Under the pieces are notes generated by a model, which had not been told where the DNA came from, did not search any database, and saw nothing but the letters and a program-made list of their open reading frames with translations. A stretch of 64,000 nt of DNA from an uncultured Thermoplasmata archaeon (lineage in GTDB: Archaea > Thermoplasmatota > Thermoplasmata > RBG-16-68-12): NCBI GenBank assembly GCA_963768855.1, contig CAVYJM010000006.1, positions 288,001-352,000 of the forward strand, written 5' to 3'. Positions 37,228-46,234 of the stretch are shown here, piece after piece (the first letter of the stretch is position 1; each line of letters begins with the position of its first letter). The position numbers and the translations under genes are program-made.

Positions 37228-37833
37228 GTGAAGAAGGTCCAGCTGGAACGGGTACTACAGTCCCTCGAGGCCGTGCCGTCGCCCCGGGCCGACATCGAGC
37301 AGTACCCGACGCCCGCTGCCGTGGCCGCCGAGGTCGCGTTCATCGCCTATGGCAAGGGGGACATCGATGCGTGCCGGGTCCTCGATGCGGGCTGCGGGAA
37401 TGGAGTCCTCGGCGTCGCCGCGAAGATCCTCGGCGCCGCGGAGGTCGTGGGGGTGGACATCGATCCGCTGGCGATCGAGGTGGCGAAACGGAACGCCCGC
37501 CGGGCCAAGGTCGACGTGTCGTGGACCCACGCGGATGTGACCGCCATGTCCAGCCCCTTCGACACGGTCCTCATGAACCCGCCGTTCGGCTCGCAGACGA
37601 GGCATGCGGACCTCCCCTTCGTGGACACCGCCCTCGCGGTCGGCCGGGTGGTCTACAGCTTCCACAACGCGGCGACCGAGGAATTCGTCGTGCGGCGGAT
37701 CGAGTCGCGGGGCGGCCACGTGACGGACCGGGCGGCTTACGAGTTCCCCCTCCCCCGGACCTTCCGTTTCCATCGGGAGGAGGTGCGCCGGATCCCCGTC
37801 GTCCTCTTGCGCACAGAGACCACGAAGGGCTAA
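37228..37833 (+). CDS. METTL5-family N6-adenine methyltransferase
   Basis: EQYPTP, LDAGCGNG, NPPFG. Confidence 0.88.
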   Translation: MKKVQLERVLQSLEAVPSPRADIEQYPTPAAVAAEVAFIAYGKGDIDACRVLDAGCGNGVLGVAAKILGAAEVVGVDIDPLAIEVAKRNARRAKVDVSWTHADVTAMSSPFDTVLMNPPFGSQTRHADLPFVDTALAVGRVVYSFHNAATEEFVVRRIESRGGHVTDRAAYEFPLPRTFRFHREEVRRIPVVLLRTETTKG

Positions 37834-37856
37834 CTCGCGCCCCGCCCCCCGTTCGC

Positions 37857-38715
37857 CCCCCGAGTCGGCCGGAAGGGCTATGCCGGGACGGGCCGATGCG
37901 GTTGCAGGGAGTGGAGAGATGCAACCGAGCAGTCCACCCGAGAAGTCACAGCCGAAGGCAGGCCTGCCTCCGAACCAACGGAAATGGCTCGTTCCGTTGG
38001 CCATCGTGGTGGCTGCTATCGTGGTCATCGGAACCTCGGTGTTTGTGTTGACCTTGCCCCCTTCCCTGACCATCTCCGACGGCTCAGTCGTGGGGGTCTT
38101 ACGCACGAATCTGACCGCGTGGCCCTCGGCCACCGAGCCCATGCTGTATCTCAACGCGACAACATATGCCAATCAGACCGACGGGCGGACCTCAACGCTG
38201 ACATTGCGCATAAGGGCCTTTGCGTACTTCAGCGGCGGCGATGCGCCCGAAGAGAGTCAGTTCTGGGCAGGGTTGACCGTCGAGGGGACGTTTGCGCGGA
38301 ACGTGCACCCCGGAACCCTGACCCTCGCGGCCAACGACACAGGTCCGTACCTCATGGGCCAAGCCCTCGCCGCGGCCGAGGCGGTCAACATCTCCACCGG
38401 TGGGTACAGTGGTTTCTCTTTCTCGGACAACGCGATGGGGTCCGTCGCGATGCCTCTCGTGGACCAAAGTGGTACGGGTCCGACGCATGACTTCCGCTAT
38501 GTGGACGAGGTGGTGGCGCTCATTAGTCCCGCATACGACCGCTTCGTCGGTTTCCGAGTCACTGTGACGGGATGGTACCTGCCTGCGATTGGCGTAGGGG
38601 TTCTGGTCCACCTCGTCAACGCCCCGTGAGCGGCTGAGCCCTCTCCGTGGTCGCTGCAAGCCAAAAACGGAGTGAGGTGCCTCGCCCCCGTCGCCCCCGA
38701 GTCGGCCGGAAGGGC
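37857..38715. repeat. Direct repeat pair (22-bp identical core; 37857-37878 and 38694-38715)
   Basis: CCCCCGAGTCGGCCGGAAGGGC occurs twice, with similar flanks, around one lower-GC gene. Confidence 0.85.
37919..38629 (+). CDS. Membrane-anchored extracellular beta-rich protein
   Basis: N-terminal TM WLVPLAIVVAAIVVIGTSVFVLTL; lower GC by eye; SD-supported ATG at 37919. Confidence 0.7.
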   Translation: MQPSSPPEKSQPKAGLPPNQRKWLVPLAIVVAAIVVIGTSVFVLTLPPSLTISDGSVVGVLRTNLTAWPSATEPMLYLNATTYANQTDGRTSTLTLRIRAFAYFSGGDAPEESQFWAGLTVEGTFARNVHPGTLTLAANDTGPYLMGQALAAAEAVNISTGGYSGFSFSDNAMGSVAMPLVDQSGTGPTHDFRYVDEVVALISPAYDRFVGFRVTVTGWYLPAIGVGVLVHLVNAP

Positions 38716-38895
38716 CTATGACGGAGCGAGACATTGAGGTTCGAGCGCGTCCCTGGCTTCGGGACGGCAGTCCGACCTCTATTTCTGCCCCTCCGGGTTC
38801 GACAGCCGCCAGCTCAATAGCGGGTCTGCCCGACCCCTGAGAAGGGCTAAATACCGGGCGCCTTCTGTCGTCGGAGAAGCCAGCGAGGAACGACC

Positions 38896-39666
38896 ATGGA
38901 ACCGAAGATGGTCCTCCCCGGCGACCAGATCGCCGTGGCGGAGGAGTTCGAGCCGGGCGAGGGGACGTATGAGAAGAACGGACTCGTGTTCGCCTCGACG
39001 CCCGGGGTCCTGCATCTTGACGAGCAGAGCCGGGTGGCCCGCGTGCGGCCGTTCAATCCGCCCGCCGAGCTCCAGCCCGGCGACATCGTCTACGGCGTGA
39101 TCGACGACATCCGCGGCATGATGGCCACGGCCACCGTGAGCGCGATCCACGGCCGCGCCCGCCAGGTCAGCGGGGAGACGAACGGCACGATCCACATCTC
39201 CAACGTGTCCGAGGAGTATACGGAGGACATCCGGGACATGTACCACCTGGGCGACCTCATTCGCGCGAAGGTCATCCAGACGAAGCCGTCCGTCCAGCTG
39301 ACGACGGCGGAGCCCGACCTCGGCGTCGTGAAGGCCCTGTGCGGCCAGTGCCGGGGGCCGCTCGAACTCCGCGGCCGGGACCTGTTCTGCCCTCGCTGCG
39401 AGCGCACGGAGCGCCGCAAGATCGCCCGCGACTACGACAACCTCAAGCTCGATGTGCCGCCGGCCGAGCTCGGCGGCGGAAAGATCCCGGAGCGCCCGCG
39501 GCGCGAGGACCGCGGCGGCCGAGATTTCGGCCGCGAGCGGCGGGGCGGCGGGGGCCACGACCGTCGCGACGATCGCGGGGGCCGCGACCGACGGGGAGGC
39601 GGCGACCGGCGGGGCCAAGGAGGCCGGGACCGGGAGCGGCGGGACCGCGGACCGCGGCGCCACTGA
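38896..39666 (+). CDS. csl4: Exosome complex RNA-binding protein Csl4 with an Arg/Gly/Asp-rich tail
   Basis: VLPGDQI...EEFEPG, S1 domain (IHISNV, IRAKV), Zn ribbon CGQC/CPRC, ERRKIA. Confidence 0.93.
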   Translation: MEPKMVLPGDQIAVAEEFEPGEGTYEKNGLVFASTPGVLHLDEQSRVARVRPFNPPAELQPGDIVYGVIDDIRGMMATATVSAIHGRARQVSGETNGTIHISNVSEEYTEDIRDMYHLGDLIRAKVIQTKPSVQLTTAEPDLGVVKALCGQCRGPLELRGRDLFCPRCERTERRKIARDYDNLKLDVPPAELGGGKIPERPRREDRGGRDFGRERRGGGGHDRRDDRGGRDRRGGGDRRGQGGRDRERRDRGPRRH

Positions 39667-39776
39667 CGGTTCTTCCGCCGTCCTCGCTGGCTGGTTCATT
39701 CCGAGAATAAGGACTCATAATCGAAGGCAAAGTGATAAGAACCTACCCTGTGTTAAATGGCTCCCGGAAGGTTGCG

Positions 39777-39941
39777 ATGGCCGCGTCGAACGAGGACGTC
39801 CTGAAGGAATTGAACCGACTTCGCACCGAGATCCAGCAGCTGCGCGAGGTAGTCAACGCGCTGTTCAACGCCGTCTTCGAGGAGTCCGACGAGGAGTGGG
39901 ATTCCACTCCCGACAAGGACGAGTTCAACCTCTACAACTGA
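39777..39941 (+). CDS. Small protein (54 aa): coiled coil plus acidic tail
   Basis: MAASNEDVLKELNRLRTEIQQLREVVNALFNAVFEESDEEWD... Confidence 0.65.
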   Translation: MAASNEDVLKELNRLRTEIQQLREVVNALFNAVFEESDEEWDSTPDKDEFNLYN

Positions 39942-39996
39942 TGCGCGTGCGGGCGCCGCCAATGGGCCTTATACTCGATTCGGCCTACCGTTTTCC

Positions 39997-41208
39997 GTGG
40001 CCGACCTCCATGAGATCGTGCGGGACCATGAGCGCTGGCGCCTGCAGCAGGTCCTGAACCTCCAGCCGTCCGAGAACGTGATGAGCGAGGCGGCCCGGGC
40101 GCTGCTCGCGACCGACTTCGTGCATCGCTACACGTTGCCGTCGCGCTTCGCCCCTGGCCTCGGCGACGCGAAGAACGCGTACCGCGGGACGCGGTTCACG
40201 GACCAGATGGAGACCTTGGGGGAGGGCCTGGCGCGCGAGGTCTTCGGGGTCTCCCACGCCTCGTTGAAGCCGCTCTCGGGCCACCTGGCCGGGTTCCTCA
40301 TGCTCCAAGCATGCACGCACCGGGGGGACCGCATCCTGGTCATCTCCGCGGAGCACGGCGGCTACGATGGCTACATGCCCGGCTTCCTCCCGGACTACCT
40401 GGACCTCAAGGTCGACTTCCTTCCGTTCGACACGAAGACCTGGAACCTCGATCCGAAGAAGGCCGCCGATGCGGTGCTCGAGAAGCGGCCGAAGCTCGTC
40501 CTCGTTGGCGCGAGCCTGATCCTCTTCCCATACAATCTGCGCTGGTTGCGCGGGGCATGCGATGACGTGAACGCCGTCCTGGCGTACGACGCATCCCACG
40601 TCCTCGGGCTGGTCGCGGGCGGCGAGTTCCAACGGCCGTTCCTCGAGGGCGTGGACATCCTGACCGCGAGCACGCACAAGTCCTTCCCCGGTCCGCAGGG
40701 AGGCCTCCTCCTGTCGAACCGCGCGGACCTCTTCGACCGCGCGATGGACACGATCATGTGGCGCACGCAGGACAACGCGCACTGGAACCGGATCGCGGCG
40801 ACCGCCCAGGTCCTCCTCGAGATGAAGGCCTTCGGGAAGCCGTACGCGAAGCAGATCGTGGCGAACAGCCAGGCCCTCGGCCAGCAGCTCGACAAGTGGG
40901 GTCTCCCGATCAAGTTCAAGTCGCTCGGGTTCTCCCAGTCCCACCAGCTCCACGTGGACACCGCCGCTCTGCAGGAGAAGTGGGGCCTCACCCCCTGGGA
41001 GTTCGCGGACCGCCTGGAGAAGAACAACTTGATCGTCGACGCGGTCGGACGGATTGGGACGAACGAGATCACACGGATGGGAGCCACGCAGGAGCACATG
41101 CAGACCGTCGCGGGGCTCATGACCCGCGCCGCCCGCGGCGAGGACGTCCGCAAGGAGGTCGAGGAGATGCGGTCTCAACTGCGCCTCTCGTTCGTCCTCC
41201 CCTCCTAG
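39997..41208 (+). CDS. Divergent SHMT-family PLP enzyme
   Basis: PSEN, PLSG, DASH, STHKSFPGPQGG, GRIGT; the YAEG and GGHLTH motifs are altered. Confidence 0.8.
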   Translation: MADLHEIVRDHERWRLQQVLNLQPSENVMSEAARALLATDFVHRYTLPSRFAPGLGDAKNAYRGTRFTDQMETLGEGLAREVFGVSHASLKPLSGHLAGFLMLQACTHRGDRILVISAEHGGYDGYMPGFLPDYLDLKVDFLPFDTKTWNLDPKKAADAVLEKRPKLVLVGASLILFPYNLRWLRGACDDVNAVLAYDASHVLGLVAGGEFQRPFLEGVDILTASTHKSFPGPQGGLLLSNRADLFDRAMDTIMWRTQDNAHWNRIAATAQVLLEMKAFGKPYAKQIVANSQALGQQLDKWGLPIKFKSLGFSQSHQLHVDTAALQEKWGLTPWEFADRLEKNNLIVDAVGRIGTNEITRMGATQEHMQTVAGLMTRAARGEDVRKEVEEMRSQLRLSFVLPS

Positions 41209-41227
41209 TCGCCGCAAAAGGCCATAT

Positions 41228-42262
41228 GTGCCCCTCCCGTTACTCGGGCCCGTGGCGAAGGTGGACCGATACCGCCGGCAGACGGTCCTGCCCGAGATCG
41301 GAACCCGGGGTCAGGCCGCCCTGTCCCGCTCGCGCGCTGTCGTGGTGGGCCTGGGGGCCCTGGGGAGCGTCGCGGCGGAGCTCCTGGCCCGCGCGGGCGT
41401 CGGCCACCTGCGGCTCGTCGACCGCGACGTCGTCGAGCTCGTGAACCTCCAGCGCCAGACCCTCTACTCCGAAGCCGACGTGGATCGGCCGAAGGCAGAT
41501 GCCGCCGCGGACCGACTGCGGTCCGTGAACGCCTCGATTGAAATCGAGCCGGTCTCGAAGGATGTCCATGCGGCGACCGTGCTCGCCATCCTGCGCGGTG
41601 TGGACCTCATCGTTGACGGCACGGACAACCTGGAGGCCCGGTACCTGCTGAACGAAGCCGCGCTCGACGCGGGAATCCCCTTCGTGTATGGCGGCGCGAT
41701 CGGCACGTACGGGATGGTGTTCGCGATCCGCTCCCCCGAGACCGCGTGCTTCCGATGCCTGAACCCGAAGATGCCGCCTCCCGGCGCGCTGCCCACGTGC
41801 GAGACGGCGGGCATCCTGAACGCCGTGTCGGCCCAGGTCGGCGCGATCGAGGCAGGCGAGGCGCTGCGCCTCCTGGTTGGCGAGCCGCCGTCGGGAGACC
41901 TCCTCGTCATCGACGGATGGCGGCCGGAGATCCAGCGCGTCCGGGTGGCCCGCAGGGATGACTGCCCCGCCTGCGGGAAAGGAGAGCGGGAGTTCCTCGG
42001 GGCGAAGCGCGCGCAGGTCCTCGTCTCCCTCTGCGGGAGCGACACGGTCTCCCTGGATCCACTCCACCGCGGCGACCTCGACCTCGATGCGCTCGCTCGT
42101 CGCCTTCGGAAGGTCGGCGCAGTCCGCCACGCGGGCCGCGTGCTCGTCGCCGATGTAGAAGGTCATCACCTCACCCTGTTCCCGGACGGCCGGGCGCTGA
42201 TTCGGGGCGTCAAGGACGAGGCCGCCGCACGGGCCGTGTACGCGAAGTACGTGGGGATCTGA
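41228..42262 (+). CDS. ThiF/MoeB (E1-like) adenylyltransferase with C-terminal extension domain
   Basis: RYRRQ, GLGALG, NLQRQ, DGTDN, CFRC, PTCETAG, CPAC, LCGSDTV; the start may be a downstream GTG. Confidence 0.9.
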   Translation: MPLPLLGPVAKVDRYRRQTVLPEIGTRGQAALSRSRAVVVGLGALGSVAAELLARAGVGHLRLVDRDVVELVNLQRQTLYSEADVDRPKADAAADRLRSVNASIEIEPVSKDVHAATVLAILRGVDLIVDGTDNLEARYLLNEAALDAGIPFVYGGAIGTYGMVFAIRSPETACFRCLNPKMPPPGALPTCETAGILNAVSAQVGAIEAGEALRLLVGEPPSGDLLVIDGWRPEIQRVRVARRDDCPACGKGEREFLGAKRAQVLVSLCGSDTVSLDPLHRGDLDLDALARRLRKVGAVRHAGRVLVADVEGHHLTLFPDGRALIRGVKDEAAARAVYAKYVGI

Positions 42263-42263
42263 C

Positions 42264-42935
42264 ATGACGCACAAGGCCGTCCTCCTCCTGAGCGGCGGGT
42301 TCGATAGCCCCGTGGCGGGGCACCTCATGGTCCGCCAGGGATTCGATCTGGTCGCGGCCCACTTCTCGCTCGAGCCCATCACGGACGCTGGTTCGTCCAT
42401 CAAGTCGCGCAAGCTCGTCGAGATCCTCGGCCTCCCGACGCTGTACGTCGTGCGGGTGGGCGAGGCCTTCGCCGAGGTGGCGCACGCCTGCCACCGCCGC
42501 TTCTACTTCGTGCTGACGAAGCGACTCATGGTCCGACTCGCGGACGCGATCGCAGACCGGGAGGGCGCGGACGCCCTCCTCACGGGGGAGAACCTCGGCC
42601 AGGTCTCGAGCCAGACCCTGATGAACCTGCGGGTTATCGATGCGGCCGCCCGCCACCCTGTCCTCCGCCCGCTCATCGGGATGGACAAGCAGGAGATCAT
42701 GGACCGCGCGAAGGCGATCGGGACGTACGACGTCTCCGTGGGTCCGGAGATCTGCGACCTCCTCGGGCCGCCGCGGCCCGCGACCGCGGCCCGGATCGAC
42801 CAGATCCTCGAGGAGGAGACAAAACTGGACATCGACGCCCTCGTCGCCTCCTGCCTGTCGAACGTCCTCCCGGAAAAGTTCAAAGGGGAGCGGCCGGCTG
42901 TGCAGGAGGCACCCACCCGGGAGGCGACCCGTTGA
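42264..42935 (+). CDS. ThiI-like PP-loop catalytic domain only (no THUMP, no rhodanese)
   Basis: LLLSGGFDSPVA, GENLGQVSSQTLMNL, RPLIGMDKQEI; only 223 aa. Confidence 0.85.
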   Translation: MTHKAVLLLSGGFDSPVAGHLMVRQGFDLVAAHFSLEPITDAGSSIKSRKLVEILGLPTLYVVRVGEAFAEVAHACHRRFYFVLTKRLMVRLADAIADREGADALLTGENLGQVSSQTLMNLRVIDAAARHPVLRPLIGMDKQEIMDRAKAIGTYDVSVGPEICDLLGPPRPATAARIDQILEEETKLDIDALVASCLSNVLPEKFKGERPAVQEAPTREATR

Positions 42936-43216
42936 CCTACTACCTCATAAAACCCTGTCGAACAGCCACGGCCTTCGTCTCCACCCTGAAGAAGCCCCAG
43001 CGGGTCGATCTGGGCCAGGCCGCCGATCGGCTCCGCGGCGCGGGCTGGAGCGTCAACGACGTCAAGGTCATGCTCATCCTCGAAGGCGAGCCCGAGCTCA
43101 CCCTCTACGAGAGCGGCAAGATCCTCGTCAAGACGAACGATGCGGACCGCGCCCGGGGCGCGATCGACCGCGTGTACGAGGCGATCGGCCTCGCCGCCCC
43201 CGTCGTCCCGGCCTGA
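42932..43216 (+). CDS. Stand-alone homologue of the ThiF C-terminal domain (94 aa)
   Basis: PC...VDLGQAADRL...LTLYESGKILVK...ARGA aligns with LC...LDLDALARRL...LTLFPDGRALIR...ARAV; TTGA overlap. Confidence 0.75.
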   Translation: MTYYLIKPCRTATAFVSTLKKPQRVDLGQAADRLRGAGWSVNDVKVMLILEGEPELTLYESGKILVKTNDADRARGAIDRVYEAIGLAAPVVPA

Positions 43217-43277
43217 TCGCGGTACGTGCGGTACCTATTTACCCGCTGGCCGACATGGCCGCATGGGGCCGAGGGGT

Positions 43278-43799
43278 ATGGTGCGAGCGCGGGTCGCGGG
43301 AGTCATTATCCTGGGATTCCTCCTCATCGCCGCCGGTCTGTCCTTCTACATGGCGTCGACCTCCACGGCGACCCTCGCGATCCAGATTCACGATGCGCCT
43401 GCGTCGTGGTCCCATGTGACCGTCACCTTCGCAGAGGTGGCGGTGCATCCCGCGAGCTCCGCGAACGGCACCGGATGGATCCTGCTCAGCCTGGCGGAGA
43501 CCCGGATTGACTTCGAGGCCTTGGGCAGCCTCTCGAAGCTGCTCGCCCAGGACCGCGTCGCGCCGGGGGCCTACGACCAGATCCGGATTGCTGTGAGCTC
43601 CGTGCAAGGGGAGCTCTCGGGCGGCACGCCGTTCCTCCTGACCGTTGCGGACGGGATCGCGAAGACGGTCACGCCGTTTACCCTACCGGGCGGCCGGACG
43701 ACGACGGTCACCCTCGACTTGGACCTCAACCAATCGATTCACCAGGCGAACGGCGTTTGGACCTTCACCCCCGTGCTGGGCCAGATGAGCGTTGGTTGA
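43278..43799 (+). CDS. DUF4382-like membrane-anchored protein
   Basis: N-terminal TM, LAIQIHDAP, PGAYDQIRI, TLDLDLNQSI. Confidence 0.72.
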   Translation: MVRARVAGVIILGFLLIAAGLSFYMASTSTATLAIQIHDAPASWSHVTVTFAEVAVHPASSANGTGWILLSLAETRIDFEALGSLSKLLAQDRVAPGAYDQIRIAVSSVQGELSGGTPFLLTVADGIAKTVTPFTLPGGRTTTVTLDLDLNQSIHQANGVWTFTPVLGQMSVG

Positions 43800-43841
43800 G
43801 TCGAGGCCGACGCGTCACACCGCCGAGCAGGGGCGAGTGGC

Positions 43842-44324
43842 ATGAAACGGGTCCTGGACACGTCCGCACTTCTGACAGGACGGCAGTTCCCCGGAGACCT
43901 GGTGACTGTGCCCGGCGTCCTCCGGGAGCTCGGTCGCCAGGGAATGACGCCGCAGCTCGAGGCGATCCTGGACACGCAGGTTTCCGTCCTCACGCCCGGA
44001 GCGGCCGCCCGCGAACGCGTCCGTGCGGCGAGCGAGGATACCGGGGACGCGCATCGCCTCTCGCCCACGGACCGTGAGCTGCTCGCCCTCGCCCTGGACG
44101 TCGAGGGGACGCTCGTCACGGACGACTACTCGATCCAGAATCTGTGCCGGAAGCTCGGCCTCCCATACGAACCGGTGCTCGCCCCGGGCATCCAGGAGAC
44201 GTGGCAGTGGTCGTACCGGTGCACGGGCTGCGGGCGCACGTGGCCGGACTGGCACGAGGAGTGTCCGACCTGCGGTTCGCCCTTGAAGACCGCCCGCCCG
44301 CGCGTCACACGTGGAAGGCGATGA
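43842..44324 (+). CDS. nob1: Nob1 endonuclease (PIN plus Zn ribbon)
   Basis: VLDTSA, LSPTD, TDDYSIQN, CTGC...CPTCG. Confidence 0.92.
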   Translation: MKRVLDTSALLTGRQFPGDLVTVPGVLRELGRQGMTPQLEAILDTQVSVLTPGAAARERVRAASEDTGDAHRLSPTDRELLALALDVEGTLVTDDYSIQNLCRKLGLPYEPVLAPGIQETWQWSYRCTGCGRTWPDWHEECPTCGSPLKTARPRVTRGRR

Positions 44325-45402
44325 GGAGCACGTCGATGACGAAGAGCAGGACGACGAGCACTTCGAGGGCGAGCATGCGCCGACCCTCCGTCTCGGCCTG
44401 GGCGACCTGGTAGATCTCGCTCAGGTCCTGCATCTTCGCGCCGACCGTGCGCCGCCACGACTCGAGCTCGAACTTCTTCGAGCAGACCCGGTAGACCTTT
44501 CCGAGGAACCAGTCCCCCCACAGCTTGGAGATGTTGTCGACCTGGTAGGTCGCCTCGGACAGGTCCATCCGGATGTCCGCGAGCTCCTTGACCTGGCTCC
44601 CCCCGCTCCGGAAGAAGGAGGACCGGCGGAACAGGTCTTCGACGTCGTCATACGCCTTGTCGATGATCTTATCCAGGTACGCGTCGTAGGTCCGCATCTC
44701 GAGGAGCTGGAGGTTCGCGAGCTCCAAGACCGCAAGCGTGTCCTCGTACGACGCCGTCGGCTCGATCACGAGGGCCGCGTCCCACTCGACGACGACGAGA
44801 TCGTCCTGGTAATAGGAGAGCCAGTTCTTCCAGGTGTCCTCGACCTCCTCGTCGCTGATGTCGTCGGGCCTCGGGTCCGACGCCAGGAGGGCGGTCACCT
44901 CGCGTCGCCAGCCGGTCGTGAACGTCCGGACCGGATGCTCGGACACGGTGACACAGTAGACCGTGTAGGGCTCCGGGTCCACCTTGACGTCGTAGGAATC
45001 GTGCATGTAGGGCACGAGGTCCTCCTGGATGCGCTCCGCGATCCGCGCGCAGTATTCGTCTAGGGTCTCCTCACTGTCGCTCCGCCGGACTCGGATCGTC
45101 CCGAACGGCCGCAGGTCCCGCAGGGTTCCCGCCTCGAACGGAGTGCGCAGGACGACGGACAGCGCCCCGACGCCGTAGAGCTTGACGGCGATCGTGACCG
45201 TGATGGGACCCACGCTCGTGTCGAGATCTCGCTGGTCGACGTACACGAGGAGCGGTTGGCCGAGCCGCGCGTACTTCGGCGCGGCGCGCCCTGGGACGAT
45301 CCGCCCGGACAGGAACGGCATGTCGACGCGGCGCTGGACCTCGTCCAGGTCGATCGCGGCGCCGAGGTCGAAGAGCCGGTAGTAGACGACCTCTCCCTTC
45401 AT
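44305..45402 (-). CDS. Uncharacterised protein, RMD1/DUF155-like with C-terminal TM helix
   Basis: Soluble N-domain, long helices and terminal LEVLVVLLFVIDVLL; family call tentative. Confidence 0.55.
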   Translation of the reverse strand: MKGEVVYYRLFDLGAAIDLDEVQRRVDMPFLSGRIVPGRAAPKYARLGQPLLVYVDQRDLDTSVGPITVTIAVKLYGVGALSVVLRTPFEAGTLRDLRPFGTIRVRRSDSEETLDEYCARIAERIQEDLVPYMHDSYDVKVDPEPYTVYCVTVSEHPVRTFTTGWRREVTALLASDPRPDDISDEEVEDTWKNWLSYYQDDLVVVEWDAALVIEPTASYEDTLAVLELANLQLLEMRTYDAYLDKIIDKAYDDVEDLFRRSSFFRSGGSQVKELADIRMDLSEATYQVDNISKLWGDWFLGKVYRVCSKKFELESWRRTVGAKMQDLSEIYQVAQAETEGRRMLALEVLVVLLFVIDVLLIAFHV

Positions 45403-45448
45403 GGCGGGTCCGGGAGAGGCCGTCCGGTCTTAAGGGATGCGGTCTCCG

Positions 45449-46234
45449 TCAGGCGCCGTACCGCCGGGTCCGCTGCTGGTAGGACCGGATGGCCCGGAGG
45501 AAGTCGATCTTCCGGAATCCGGGCCAGTACACGTCGACGAAGTAGAGCTCCGCGTAGGCGAGCTGCCACAGGAGGAAGTTGGAGATGCGCTCCTCGCCGC
45601 TCGTCCGCAGGACGAGGTCGGGATCCGGGAGGTCCGCGGTGTACAGGCGGCGGGAGAAGAACTTCTCCGTGATGTCCTCGGGACCCACCTTGCCCGCCTG
45701 GGCGTCCCGCACGACGTCGCGGATCGCGGTCAGGATTTCCTCGCGGCCCCCGTACGCGACGGCGAGGTTGAACCGGTACGCGTCGTAGTCCTTCGTGCGG
45801 CCCTCCGCATACTCGATCGCCTCGACGACCTCTTTCGGCAGGAGCTGGCGGTCGCCGAAGACCGTGATCCGGATCTTGTTGGTGTGAACCCGCGGGTCGT
45901 CCCCGACGCGCCGGAAGTTCTCTGCGAAGAGGTGCATGAGGTGCTGGATCTCCTCGGAAGGCCGGTTGATGTTCTCCGTCGAAAAGGCGTACACGGTCAG
46001 GATTCGCACGCCGACCTCGAGGCACCACTCGAGGACCTCCTCGAGCTTGTCGCGACCCTTCGAGTGGCCCTCGAGCGTGTTACCGAGCCCGATCTCCTTG
46101 GCGAAGCGGCGGTTCCCGTCCATGATGATCGCCACATGATGGGGGACCGCGCCTTGCTTCACGGAGTGCAGGAGACGCCTCTCATACGTCTGGTACGCGG
46201 CGTCGCTGACGATCTTGGAGACGTCCACACGCAT
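45449..46234 (-). CDS. uppS: cis-prenyltransferase (UppS)
   Basis: HVAIIMDGNRR, YAFSTEN, YGGREEI, RTSGEERISNFLLWQ. Confidence 0.95.
   Translation of the reverse strand: MRVDVSKIVSDAAYQTYERRLLHSVKQGAVPHHVAIIMDGNRRFAKEIGLGNTLEGHSKGRDKLEEVLEWCLEVGVRILTVYAFSTENINRPSEEIQHLMHLFAENFRRVGDDPRVHTNKIRITVFGDRQLLPKEVVEAIEYAEGRTKDYDAYRFNLAVAYGGREEILTAIRDVVRDAQAGKVGPEDITEKFFSRRLYTADLPDPDLVLRTSGEERISNFLLWQLAYAELYFVDVYWPGFRKIDFLRAIRSYQQRTRRYGA

Noticed and set aside
42932-43216. Ubiquitin-like SAMP/ThiS identity for the small protein
   Set aside because: No C-terminal Gly-Gly; the sequence matches the E1 C-terminal domain instead
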